From contig JBGSTX010000051.1 of assembly GCA_041736305.1 (NCBI GenBank), positions 1 through 26,291 of the forward strand: a stretch of 26,291 nucleotides of DNA. The letters are read 5' to 3'. This DNA comes from Oligoflexus sp. GTDB taxonomy: Bacteria > Bdellovibrionota_B > Oligoflexia > Oligoflexales > Oligoflexaceae. Positions 1-7,810 of this stretch are shown in pieces (within the stretch, counting starts at the first letter, position 1; each line of letters begins with the position of its first letter). The notes under the pieces were generated by a model. The model saw nothing but the letters and a program-made list of their open reading frames with translations. It was not told where the DNA came from and searched no databases. Position numbers and translations under genes: made by a program.

Positions 1-129
1 AAAGTTGAGTCAGCCCAAGGCGCATTGCTGGCTTTCGATACTCTTGCTGTCGATTTCTGGACGACTGCCTTTGCCCAGACAGGAAGCAGCGTTCAGCTGA
101 GTCTTGGTTTTCGTCGCGAGGATGATTGA
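1..129 (+). CDS. 3' end of an unidentified protein (partial, convergent with dapB)
   Basis: Frame +1 is open from base 1 to TGA at 127-129 (KVESAQGALLAFDTLAVDFWTTAFAQTGSSVQLSLGFRREDD*). It ends 9 nt from the dapB stop. Confidence 0.5.
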   Translation, partial: KVESAQGALLAFDTLAVDFWTTAFAQTGSSVQLSLGFRREDD

Positions 130-138
130 CAAAGGGGA

Positions 139-954
139 CTACAGGTTCTGCTTTCTCAGCAGTTGAACCATTTCTTCAATCGAAACATCTTGAGGCCGGT
201 AAATTCCGGCCTTTTTTGCGAGCAGCCATTGGCTAAGCAAGAGGGCACCCTGTGCAAAGAGCTGACGATTCAAAGCACGATGAGATACCCTGATCTCTTC
301 ATTATCGCCGAGAAAGCTCACCTCATGCTCGCCAAAGACTGAGCCCCCTCTGAGTGAAGCCAGACCAATTTCACCCTGTTCACGCTTGCCCTCGCGACCA
401 TAGATGGTATCTACCTTCAGAAGCTCGGCTAAATTTTCACCTAATAGCTTGGCCGTGCCGCTGGGCGCATCGCGTTTAGATCTGTGATGCGTCTCCAGAA
501 TTTCGATATCAAAGTGAAGGGGACTTAAAACTTGAGCTAATAGCTCAGAGACTTTCATTGTGAGGAGAATACCAAGGCTGGTATTGGGCGCTAGCAGCAA
601 TCGCAAGTTGAGCTCGGCAGCGAGCTTTTTCCAACTTAATTCTTCTTCTTTAAGAAGCCCGGTGGTGCCTATGAGCACCGCCTGATCGCGGATACCCTGC
701 TTTTCCAAAACTGTTAAAAGACGGGTATTGGCTGCGTTGGCTGAAAAATCAATGATAAGGTCTGCCGTCTCAAGGAGAGGAGGCAAGGCATTCCAGTCCT
801 CTTCTTTTCCGCTTCCCTTTAAGTTAACAAGTTTATTTTGGGTCGTGCCACCGATAAGATCCCAACGTCCTGGCTCGGCCGCAATCAGCTTTCGAAGTTC
901 CAGCCCTATCCGCCCTGAGTAGCCATTAATCCAGACTTTACTGGGGGGATTCAT
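139..954 (-). CDS. dapB: 4-hydroxy-tetrahydrodipicolinate reductase
   Basis: Motifs INGYSGRIG, IDFS, IGTTG, APNTSLG, ETHHRSKRDAPSGTA, LRGGSVFGEHEV and FAQGA. The ATG at 954 overlaps the dapA stop (TGATG). Confidence 0.96.
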   Translation of the reverse strand: MNPPSKVWINGYSGRIGLELRKLIAAEPGRWDLIGGTTQNKLVNLKGSGKEEDWNALPPLLETADLIIDFSANAANTRLLTVLEKQGIRDQAVLIGTTGLLKEEELSWKKLAAELNLRLLLAPNTSLGILLTMKVSELLAQVLSPLHFDIEILETHHRSKRDAPSGTAKLLGENLAELLKVDTIYGREGKREQGEIGLASLRGGSVFGEHEVSFLGDNEEIRVSHRALNRQLFAQGALLLSQWLLAKKAGIYRPQDVSIEEMVQLLRKQNL

Positions 955-1856
955 CAAAGTACCCCAAGCTCGAGAAGTTGGCCTTTGGCTTTACTATAGG
1001 CTGCCGCGAGCTTCAGCTCAGTCGCCTTTTGAACGCTGACGAGAGGGAGGCGTAGATGATTTTCGATAAGACCTGAGTAGGCAAGCAGATACTTTGAAGG
1101 GCCAGGACTTGATTCGGCGAAGAGAAGCTCAGTTAAAGGAAAGAGCGCTTCGTGAATCAAAAGTGCAGCGCGATGATCGCCCGCCTGAAATTTTTTATGC
1201 AGGGCTACAAAGGCCTTTGGAAAGATGTTCGTCCCCACACTGATTACGCCTTGGCCGCCGACGGCGAGGCTTGGGAGAAAAGTAAAGTCATCGCCGCTGA
1301 GATAGAGAGCCTTCGCGTCAGATAAGGAAATCGCTTTAGAAAAAAGCGCCAGATCACCACTGGCTTCTTTAACTGCTTTAATCTGCGGAATAGTGCAGAG
1401 ATCAGCAAGATCTTCTGGACTCAGTCGCTGACCTGTCCGTCCGGGTACGTGGTAGAGGCAAAGTGGAATCCGAACCGCCTGGGCGATAGCCTGGTAATGA
1501 GCCCTAAGGCCTTCCAGACTCGGCTTATTGTAGGGAGGTGTTACAACGAGCAGGGAATCGACTCCAGCATCCTGAGCTAATTTTGATAGTTCGATCGACT
1601 GCCGGGTGCAATTGCCTCCCGTTCCTGCCATCACCTCGATCGTGCGTGGCAGTTGAGTTCGCGCCCGGCGATAAAGAGATATTTTTTCATCTACAGTTAA
1701 AGTGGGGACTTCGCCAGTTGTACCCGTGATGACAACCCCGTCGACGTTGGCCTCAGCTTGATTGGCGAGGAGCCGGTCGAATGCAGCCCAGTCGATATTC
1801 CCATCTTTTGTGAAGGGAGTCACAAGAGCTGTAAAAACACCGTTGAACCGACTCAT
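954..1856 (-). CDS. dapA: 4-hydroxy-tetrahydrodipicolinate synthase
   Basis: Motifs TALVTPF, GTTGE, PPYNKPS, YHVPGRTG, Schiff-base VKEASG, LSGDD and RLPL. Start moved to ATG 1856, which follows a GAGGAG SD (300 aa). Confidence 0.97.
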   Translation of the reverse strand: MSRFNGVFTALVTPFTKDGNIDWAAFDRLLANQAEANVDGVVITGTTGEVPTLTVDEKISLYRRARTQLPRTIEVMAGTGGNCTRQSIELSKLAQDAGVDSLLVVTPPYNKPSLEGLRAHYQAIAQAVRIPLCLYHVPGRTGQRLSPEDLADLCTIPQIKAVKEASGDLALFSKAISLSDAKALYLSGDDFTFLPSLAVGGQGVISVGTNIFPKAFVALHKKFQAGDHRAALLIHEALFPLTELLFAESSPGPSKYLLAYSGLIENHLRLPLVSVQKATELKLAAAYSKAKGQLLELGVL

Positions 1857-1887
1857 GAAAAACTCCTCGAGGCGCTCTAGCAAGCCC

Positions 1888-3336
1888 TCATTCTTGATTG
1901 ATTGGTGGGCTCGCTTCTGCTGCCTGGGCAGCATGTTTGCCCTCAGCTTTGCCCTCAGCAGATTTTTGAGACGAGTTGTTCCGTTGCTGCGCATGGTAGG
2001 GGATGGCTGGACGCAGGTCAAGAACCTCTGATTGTGGGAGAGTCTTGAACCCGCAGCCACTGAGGCCCAGAGAAAGCGTGGCCAATGGCCAGGGGAGAAG
2101 CACCAGCACTAATAAGTGGCTTTTAATCGTTTTGAGCAGGTGGTCTTTGCGCTTCAGCACTCTCTGCTTTTCCTCAGTCAAATGGGTAGCAACGCCTCTA
2201 TCCATAGCGACTTTTTTAAGATTCTGCAAGAAGCCCTCATTCAGGCTCGAGTGTAGGCGCTGTATTTCGGCACTAAGCAAGAGGTGGGGCTCGGTTTGAT
2301 GCTGCTTACAGTAGCTTTCGAGGAGCTTCAGAGCGGACTGAGCCTGCTGGTAGGGGACACCCTGTGTCAAAAGGTAGGTTACAACTTCACGACGCTCTGC
2401 TTCGGGCCAGAGCGGCATAATTAGGGGGCCGATAAGACTTGTTTTGAGGTTTTCTAGAAGGCTTTGCCCAATACTTTCGAGGATGTCCTGGATATGAAGC
2501 AGAGAAGCTAGCAGACGAAGTCGATGTTGTTCGTGGCGATCCCATGAACCGCGGCCGAGAGTGGGATAAGAGCGTATGCGTGCTAGGTGTCCTGACCAAT
2601 CTTCGAGAGCAAAATACATCTGATCAATCGCTTCGGCAGCGCCTAAATTTTGAGCTAACTGCGAGCTGATGTAACTCAGGCGATCGGCCAGAAGATCCCA
2701 GCGAAGAAAAAGCAATTTAAAAGTCTGCTGCATCCTGAGCTCGGCGAGAGCCCCGCCCTCCCCATAGCGATATCCGAGATGCATGGCGAGGCTTTGCTCC
2801 CATTGCGTACCTACTTCACTTGAGCTTGGTACTCGAGGGTGGAGCACGCGGAGGTCTATTAAAAGCTGCGCAAAGTCTTCCCTGGACTCATGAATATGCT
2901 CTGCTGCTTCCACCAGAAATGTCGAAAAAAATGTTCTCTGTTCGCACATTTCTTCCCGGAAGATAAAGAATGGCTGGTTGAACATGAGCTCAGCTTTTTT
3001 TAAAAGCCCACTAGCAAGTTCGTCCAGATAGACCAAACTTTTCTCAAGGGTATGGGCGATGGTCCACGATAAGTAGAGCTGGCTCAGGCCGTGGCTTCCC
3101 AGGCGAGTCTGCAGCTCAGAAATAAACGGGCCGTTTTCTTTGAAGAGCTCCGAGAAAAGGGATCGATTTACGTCACCCATCTGCCGGTATCGATCTTTAA
3201 TCGTCAGGCGCAAAGTATCCGCCTCTATCTCAGGCATTAAGCCTTGCTCACTGAGGGCCGCGGCACAGGCTAAAAAAAACGGTAAGCTAAATGCTGCATC
3301 GATACGGAGCAGAGACGAATGATCGTTAAACGTCAT
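1888..3336 (-). CDS. Argininosuccinate lyase (ArgH)-fold protein lacking catalytic motifs, with a C-terminal hydrophobic helix, lipobox (LSGC) and LptM/YifL-like tail
   Basis: EVVTYLLTQGVPYQQAQSALKLLESYCKQH...LSAEIQRLHSSL resembles the ArgH C-terminal consensus (DLADYLVRKGVPFREAHH.VG.LV..C...LSLEEL). LLKKAELMFNQPF...EQRTFFSTFL aligns with LL..AE.....MPGYTHLQRAQP.TF...L. Start is ATG 3336 after GGGAGGA (482 aa). Confidence 0.72.
   Translation of the reverse strand: MTFNDHSSLLRIDAAFSLPFFLACAAALSEQGLMPEIEADTLRLTIKDRYRQMGDVNRSLFSELFKENGPFISELQTRLGSHGLSQLYLSWTIAHTLEKSLVYLDELASGLLKKAELMFNQPFFIFREEMCEQRTFFSTFLVEAAEHIHESREDFAQLLIDLRVLHPRVPSSSEVGTQWEQSLAMHLGYRYGEGGALAELRMQQTFKLLFLRWDLLADRLSYISSQLAQNLGAAEAIDQMYFALEDWSGHLARIRSYPTLGRGSWDRHEQHRLRLLASLLHIQDILESIGQSLLENLKTSLIGPLIMPLWPEAERREVVTYLLTQGVPYQQAQSALKLLESYCKQHQTEPHLLLSAEIQRLHSSLNEGFLQNLKKVAMDRGVATHLTEEKQRVLKRKDHLLKTIKSHLLVLVLLPWPLATLSLGLSGCGFKTLPQSEVLDLRPAIPYHAQQRNNSSQKSAEGKAEGKHAAQAAEASPPINQE
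1936..1959. repeat. 12-bp tandem duplication (TTTGCCCTCAGC x2) encoding AEGK-AEGK
   Basis: Exact direct repeat at 1936-1947 and 1948-1959, in the low-complexity tail of the lipoprotein segment. Confidence 0.9.
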
Positions 3337-3369
3337 AGAAGAGTCCTCCCACTGCGCTGAGTTGGCTCT

Positions 3370-3375
3370 ATTATA
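3370..3375 (-). promoter_or_regulatory. Putative sigma70 -10 box (TATAAT) for the ArgH-like/dapA/dapB operon
   Basis: Perfect TATAAT about 34 nt upstream of ATG 3336 and downstream of a terminator hairpin. The -35 match is weak. Confidence 0.45.
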
Positions 3376-3434
3376 GATGATCCGAAGGAATCGGGCAGAC
3401 AAAAATCCGGCGGGGATTCTAGAGGAGAATCAAG

Positions 3435-3457
3435 ATCGCCCTGGATTCCAGGGCGAT
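3435..3457 (-). terminator. Hairpin, probable terminator after the beta-barrel gene
   Basis: Perfect inverted repeat ATCGCCCTGG-ATT-CCAGGGCGAT 10 nt after the stop. The U-tract is weak. A second small hairpin, GATTCT-AGAGG-AGAATC, is adjacent. Confidence 0.65.
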
Positions 3458-3467
3458 AGGATAGGAA

Positions 3468-5036
3468 TTAGAAATTGAAGGTCGCGTAAGACTGCAAGAG
3501 GTAACTGGTTTCCGGACCTTTATCGGGACGGGATTTCCAAGCGTCACCGGGAAGACCAATAGCGCCCGCTACTCCGAATTCGAAGTCGCGGTTGCTCAGG
3601 AAGCGTGAGTAAGTCAGATCCAGTTCATATCCCAGGGAATCTCCGTAGAAGCCAATCCTCTCATTACCTGGGACCTTCAGCTCAGCGGGCATAGTTTCAT
3701 TAAGTTTCGCAGTGATAACTTTAGCTTCGAAATTGCCATTTTCTACGCTTTTATATCGATAACCTACGTTGAATACAGTCGCATTTGTCACGCGGTAGGG
3801 ATCGAAGACTCCGTCGATGCGCAAGTTGTCGTTGCGTTGCCGTCCGTTAAAAAGGAGCAAAGCAGGCTTGAAATTCTTATGAAATGCGAATGCAGTGACT
3901 TTCGTGTCACGAGCGCTAGGTGCATCTTGGCTTGGATACTCGGGATGATAACCGTCCGCATCCCCAGGTGCAAAGGCATAGCCGAGAAAGACTGAGTGGC
4001 TGGTCGCATTTCCCTGATTGTAGTCCTTCGGTCCAACATAGGCACCAGCCCTCGAGAGGAAATACTCGAGGGATCCTGCTAAAGCGATGCCTTGCAAATC
4101 GTTTGTGACTAGATCGTTGGTGTCATTAAAGGTGCGAGCAGAACCGTGTCTTGACCAGTTGGGGTCAGCAGAACGGCCGAGACGGAAAAGTACTTCGTTC
4201 TGAAAAACTAGATCCTGCATCATAAGGTTTACGTAGAGGTCACCGAATTTAACGTCGGTTTTAGTTTCACTGCCACCGATGACATTGGCGAAATATATCC
4301 CTATTTGCTTGGAGAAATCTTTTCCTACGTTCGCGCGCTGGTCGTTGTACTCGATCGTGAGAAAGAACTGGTCGAGGTCGTCACCGTGGCTGGTAGGGCC
4401 ATAGTTGCTAGCCGGAGTCCCGGTGGAAAGGATCGAGCCGCCGGTCTCGCTGATCTTGTCATAGCCTACCGAGAAACCTAGGGTCTGGGATTTTTGAATG
4501 TTGATGTCGCAGGTTACGCCATCGAAGACAGAGGCATCCGTGTCGAAGGGCTTAGAGCCATCATCAAGAAAGATTCCCATGCCCCAGCTCCGGCCTCGCC
4601 GACCCATCGTCAGGAGGCAATGGTCCATGGAGTAGCGAGCATAGGCTTTAGTCACCCTAGGGGTATAAGACTGGTAGCGAGGTTCACCGCTGTTTTGAGC
4701 GTTGATCCTGCAGTTGGGATCATTGGCATTGGCTGCACCAGAAGGACAAGGCTGGGGCTGAGTCTTATCGCCAAGAAAACTTTCGCGTTCATCGTCGAAG
4801 AGTTTAAATTCGAGAAATACACTCGACTGATCGTTTAAGCGCAACTCAGTGTCGAGCCTGAAAAATTGGTCGATAGCCTGATGATCCCGCGAGCCAGGGA
4901 CGAATTCAGGTTTGGTACGCGTTTCACCACGGATGCTGTAGCGGCCATGACCGTCTATAAAGAGGGCGAAGGCTGGACTGCTCATCAGAGCGAAAGCGAG
5001 AGGAAAGCTCGCAATTGAGAGGTATCTTCGACTCAT
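3468..5036 (-). CDS. Outer-membrane beta-barrel protein (TIGR04551-like/alginate-export-like porin)
   Basis: From ATG 5036 (AAGGA SD) there is a signal peptide MSRRYLSIASFPLAFALMSSPAFA, amphipathic strands, a KAYA...MGRRGRSWGMGIFLDDG motif, LGYELDL and a terminal aromatic BAM signal (SYATFNF). 522 aa. Confidence 0.8.
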   Translation of the reverse strand: MSRRYLSIASFPLAFALMSSPAFALFIDGHGRYSIRGETRTKPEFVPGSRDHQAIDQFFRLDTELRLNDQSSVFLEFKLFDDERESFLGDKTQPQPCPSGAANANDPNCRINAQNSGEPRYQSYTPRVTKAYARYSMDHCLLTMGRRGRSWGMGIFLDDGSKPFDTDASVFDGVTCDINIQKSQTLGFSVGYDKISETGGSILSTGTPASNYGPTSHGDDLDQFFLTIEYNDQRANVGKDFSKQIGIYFANVIGGSETKTDVKFGDLYVNLMMQDLVFQNEVLFRLGRSADPNWSRHGSARTFNDTNDLVTNDLQGIALAGSLEYFLSRAGAYVGPKDYNQGNATSHSVFLGYAFAPGDADGYHPEYPSQDAPSARDTKVTAFAFHKNFKPALLLFNGRQRNDNLRIDGVFDPYRVTNATVFNVGYRYKSVENGNFEAKVITAKLNETMPAELKVPGNERIGFYGDSLGYELDLTYSRFLSNRDFEFGVAGAIGLPGDAWKSRPDKGPETSYLLQSYATFNF

Positions 5037-5120
5037 GCTCTTTTTTTCCTTGGCTTTGGCCGGGAAGTCGACTTTTCCAGACTTCGTTAGCTTAAATGGT
5101 ATAGTCCCTTGAACCTTGGC

Positions 5121-5149
5121 ATGGTAGACGCTTGAAGGCTCAAAGTCAA
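5121..5149 (-). promoter_or_regulatory. Putative sigma70 promoter of the beta-barrel gene
   Basis: TTGACT-17 nt-TACCAT on the minus strand in the ymdB/OMP intergenic region. Confidence 0.6.
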
Positions 5150-5196
5150 ACAGCGAGGCCCCTTCTAGAGGCTCAACAGAAAAGTCAGGGTTTTTA

Positions 5197-6039
5197 TTAT
5201 TCGCTCTCATCATCAGTGGTTTGTTGAAGGAGGCGATCGCGGAGAAGATCCAGCTCCCAACGATAGCGCTGAATCTCAATGCAGCGTCCTGTTAGAGGGT
5301 CGACAGTTGCAAGAACGAAGCAAAGCCATAGATTATTTGTAGCTGGCTCAAAGCGACGGCGTTCGCCGGTGCGCATTCTCATAAGGGCCGCCTCAGTGCG
5401 GATTCCAATCACTGAATCATATGGCCCTGTCATCCCTACATCAGTAACAAAGCCGGTGTAGCCATCGAGTATTCTTTCATCGGCTGTTGGTACGTGACTA
5501 TGAGTACCATAGCAGAGGGAGACCCGCCCTTTAAGATACTGAGCTAAGGCCTGCTTTTCGCTGGTGGCTTCACCATGAAAATCTACGATCCGAATGCGAC
5601 AGGTGTCAGGCAGCTGAGCCAGGATTGCATCTACCGGTTCGAAGAAGTCCCGGTTATCAGGGTGCATGAAAGCTCGACCGATGAGGTTGATAACCGCGAA
5701 ACTCTGCCCTGATCGACTCGTTAAAACTCGATAGGCCGCTTGTAAGCGATCAACATTCATCATGTTGGCGGGTAAAACCAAGCGCTCGGCTGTAGGGGCA
5801 AAGCCATGGATCTCAGGCTTATCGTGCCAGTGGTTACCCATAGTCACACAGTCGATTTGAAAGGTATCGATAAATTGCTGATAAATTTTCTTTGTGAGCC
5901 CAAAACCACCAGCCGCATTCTCACCGTTGCAGATGACTATATCAGCAGCAAATTCTTGCCGAGCTATGGGCAGCAGTTTAGCAAGGGCCTTGCGCCCAGG
6001 CTTTCCCATGACATCACCAACCGCGAGAATACGGATCAT
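5197..6039 (-). CDS. ymdB: YmdB-family (TIGR00282) metallophosphoesterase
   Basis: Motifs GDVMGKPGR, NGENAAGG, MGNH, DFHGEATSEK, GTHSHVPTAD and TDVGMTGPYDSVIG. ATGA-coupled to rny, which is the conserved rny-ymdB order. Confidence 0.95.
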   Translation of the reverse strand: MIRILAVGDVMGKPGRKALAKLLPIARQEFAADIVICNGENAAGGFGLTKKIYQQFIDTFQIDCVTMGNHWHDKPEIHGFAPTAERLVLPANMMNVDRLQAAYRVLTSRSGQSFAVINLIGRAFMHPDNRDFFEPVDAILAQLPDTCRIRIVDFHGEATSEKQALAQYLKGRVSLCYGTHSHVPTADERILDGYTGFVTDVGMTGPYDSVIGIRTEAALMRMRTGERRRFEPATNNLWLCFVLATVDPLTGRCIEIQRYRWELDLLRDRLLQQTTDDESE

Positions 6040-7604
6040 TTTGCAAATTCCGCGTACTTGCTCTCGCGCAGTACTGTGACCTTCACTTGCCCGGGGAAAG
6101 TAAGCTCTTTGCGTAGGCGATGCGCTATTTCGTTCGTGATATCCATAACTTCTGAGTCACTCACACCTGAAGGGGAAACCATAGCACGTATCTCTCGGCC
6201 CGCTTGTATCACGTAGGACTCGTCGATACCACGGAAGTTATTGACCAGAGTCTCCATGTCTTGAAGACGCTTGATGTATGTTTCGAGAACTTCACGACGT
6301 GCTCCTGGTCGGCGTTCGGATAATATATTAGCCGCATGAACAATCACGGTGAGGGGATAAGCGTGGTTGAGTTCGTCCGTGTGATGATTGAGAATCGCGT
6401 CGATGACTTCAGGAGCTTCGTTATATTTAACGGCAAGATCGGCTCCAATTTTGGCATGATGACCTTCCGTTTCCTGATCTACCGCTTTCCCGATATCATG
6501 TAATAGACCAACACGTTTAGCCTTTTTAACATTTAGCCCCATCTCTGCCGCCATAATCCCACAAATATGAGCTACTTCAACGGCATGCTGAAGGACGGTC
6601 TGAGCTCCAGCGGTTCTGTACTTCAATTTGCCTATATGTCTTAATAGCTCAGGGTGAAGGTCGGTGATCCCTGTATCGAAAGCAGCCTGCTCACCGTTTT
6701 CCTGAATGATCTGGTCGAATTCTTCAGCCACTTTTTTCACGGTTTCTTCAATGCGCGCCGGGTGAATACGTCCGTCGGCGATCAATCGCTGGAGAGCGAT
6801 ATTGGCAATTTCTCGCCGAATTGGGTTAAAGCAAGAAATGATAATTGCCTCAGGCGTGTCGTCGATGATGAGATCCACCCCGGTTGCTTGCTCAATTGCA
6901 CGGATGTTCCGTCCCTCGCGACCGATAATCCTCCCTTTCATCTCATCCGAAGGCAAACTCACAACAGTTACGGTCGAATCATTCACGTACTCGGAAGACA
7001 CCCTCTGAACAGCTAAGCTCACCATGGAACGCGCGATTTTTTCGCCCTCAAGTTTGGTATCTTCTTCGATCTTTTTGAGAGTTTCGCGTGCGACAGTCTT
7101 CGCTTCCACTTCTAGAGAGCGGATCAGCTCCCGACGGGCCTCTTCCTGAGAAAGATTGGCGACCGTTTCAAGGGTTTTACGATGTTCTTCGAGTGAACGC
7201 TCTGAGTCTTTGATCAGGCTCTTCAGTCGATCTTCTTCGCTGTTGAGGTGATTGGTCATCCGCTCAAGATCTTGTTCTTTCTTCTCGAGCTGGCCGAGCT
7301 TCTTTTCCATCGTCTGCTCGCGGGCTTTTACTTTACCCTCAAGTTTTTCTAGCTCAGAACGACGTTTCTTAGCTTCTTGATCGAACTGTTGGCGACGAGT
7401 TTTGGCTTCCTGCTTGGCTTCGTTGTTGGCTTCACGAAGAATTCTTTCCTTTTCGGCATGGGCTTCTTCAAGGATTTTTTCAGAATCAGCCTGGGCAGTT
7501 TCAAAGGTTTTTCGAAAATTCTTCTTATTAAGAGCGACGAAAATTAGAAAGCCTAGGGCTATTGCGACGACAGCAAAGAAGATATAAAGAAAATAGGTGG
7601 TCAC
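6036..7604 (-). CDS. rny: Ribonuclease Y
   Basis: N-terminal TM helix, long coiled coil, KH domain (DEMKGRIIGREGRNIR), HD domain (LLHDIGK), RPGARRE, QAGREIR and PGQVKVTV. GTG start after GGAGG. Confidence 0.97.
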   Translation of the reverse strand: MTTYFLYIFFAVVAIALGFLIFVALNKKNFRKTFETAQADSEKILEEAHAEKERILREANNEAKQEAKTRRQQFDQEAKKRRSELEKLEGKVKAREQTMEKKLGQLEKKEQDLERMTNHLNSEEDRLKSLIKDSERSLEEHRKTLETVANLSQEEARRELIRSLEVEAKTVARETLKKIEEDTKLEGEKIARSMVSLAVQRVSSEYVNDSTVTVVSLPSDEMKGRIIGREGRNIRAIEQATGVDLIIDDTPEAIIISCFNPIRREIANIALQRLIADGRIHPARIEETVKKVAEEFDQIIQENGEQAAFDTGITDLHPELLRHIGKLKYRTAGAQTVLQHAVEVAHICGIMAAEMGLNVKKAKRVGLLHDIGKAVDQETEGHHAKIGADLAVKYNEAPEVIDAILNHHTDELNHAYPLTVIVHAANILSERRPGARREVLETYIKRLQDMETLVNNFRGIDESYVIQAGREIRAMVSPSGVSDSEVMDITNEIAHRLRKELTFPGQVKVTVLRESKYAEFAK

Positions 7605-7673
7605 TATGTGTGCCTCCAGAGGGTGAAACGCGGGGACTCGCTTTCTTTGACGAGCAGCTTTATGGAACTAGAG

Positions 7674-7702
7674 ATCGTAGCTCGAGTACAGGAAGAAATC
7701 AA
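7674..7702 (-). promoter_or_regulatory. Putative sigma70 promoter of rny-ymdB
   Basis: TTGATT-17 nt-TACGAT on the minus strand, about 70 nt upstream of the rny start. Confidence 0.6.
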
Positions 7703-7774
7703 CGAGCTGCTGGCTCGAGAGGCAGGCTCTAGGGGGAAAACCATAGACTTAGGTAGGATGCGTCAGAAACGGGA

Positions 7775-7804
7775 AGTCTCCCAGAACCTAGATTCCGGGA
7801 GACT
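7775..7804 (-). terminator. Intrinsic terminator of pal
   Basis: Minus strand AGTCTCCCGGAA-TCTAGG-TTCTGGGAGACT, a 12-bp stem with one G-U pair, 6 nt after the pal stop and followed by TCCCGTTTCT. Confidence 0.75.
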
Positions 7805-7810
7805 GAGTCA

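Noticed and set aside
1857-2060. 68-aa N-terminal extension of DapA in the ORF track
   Set aside because: It overlaps the upstream ORF. The SD and homology start at ATG 1856.
5037-5279. N-terminal extension of the beta-barrel ORF
   Set aside because: It overlaps ymdB and a promoter. The signal peptide starts at ATG 5036.
7605-7810. 6S RNA (ssrS), often found upstream of rny
   Set aside because: There is no zapA or 5-formyl-THF cyclo-ligase gene. The space is taken by the pal terminator, a good sigma70 promoter and the rny leader, and no convincing 6S rod with a central bubble is visible.
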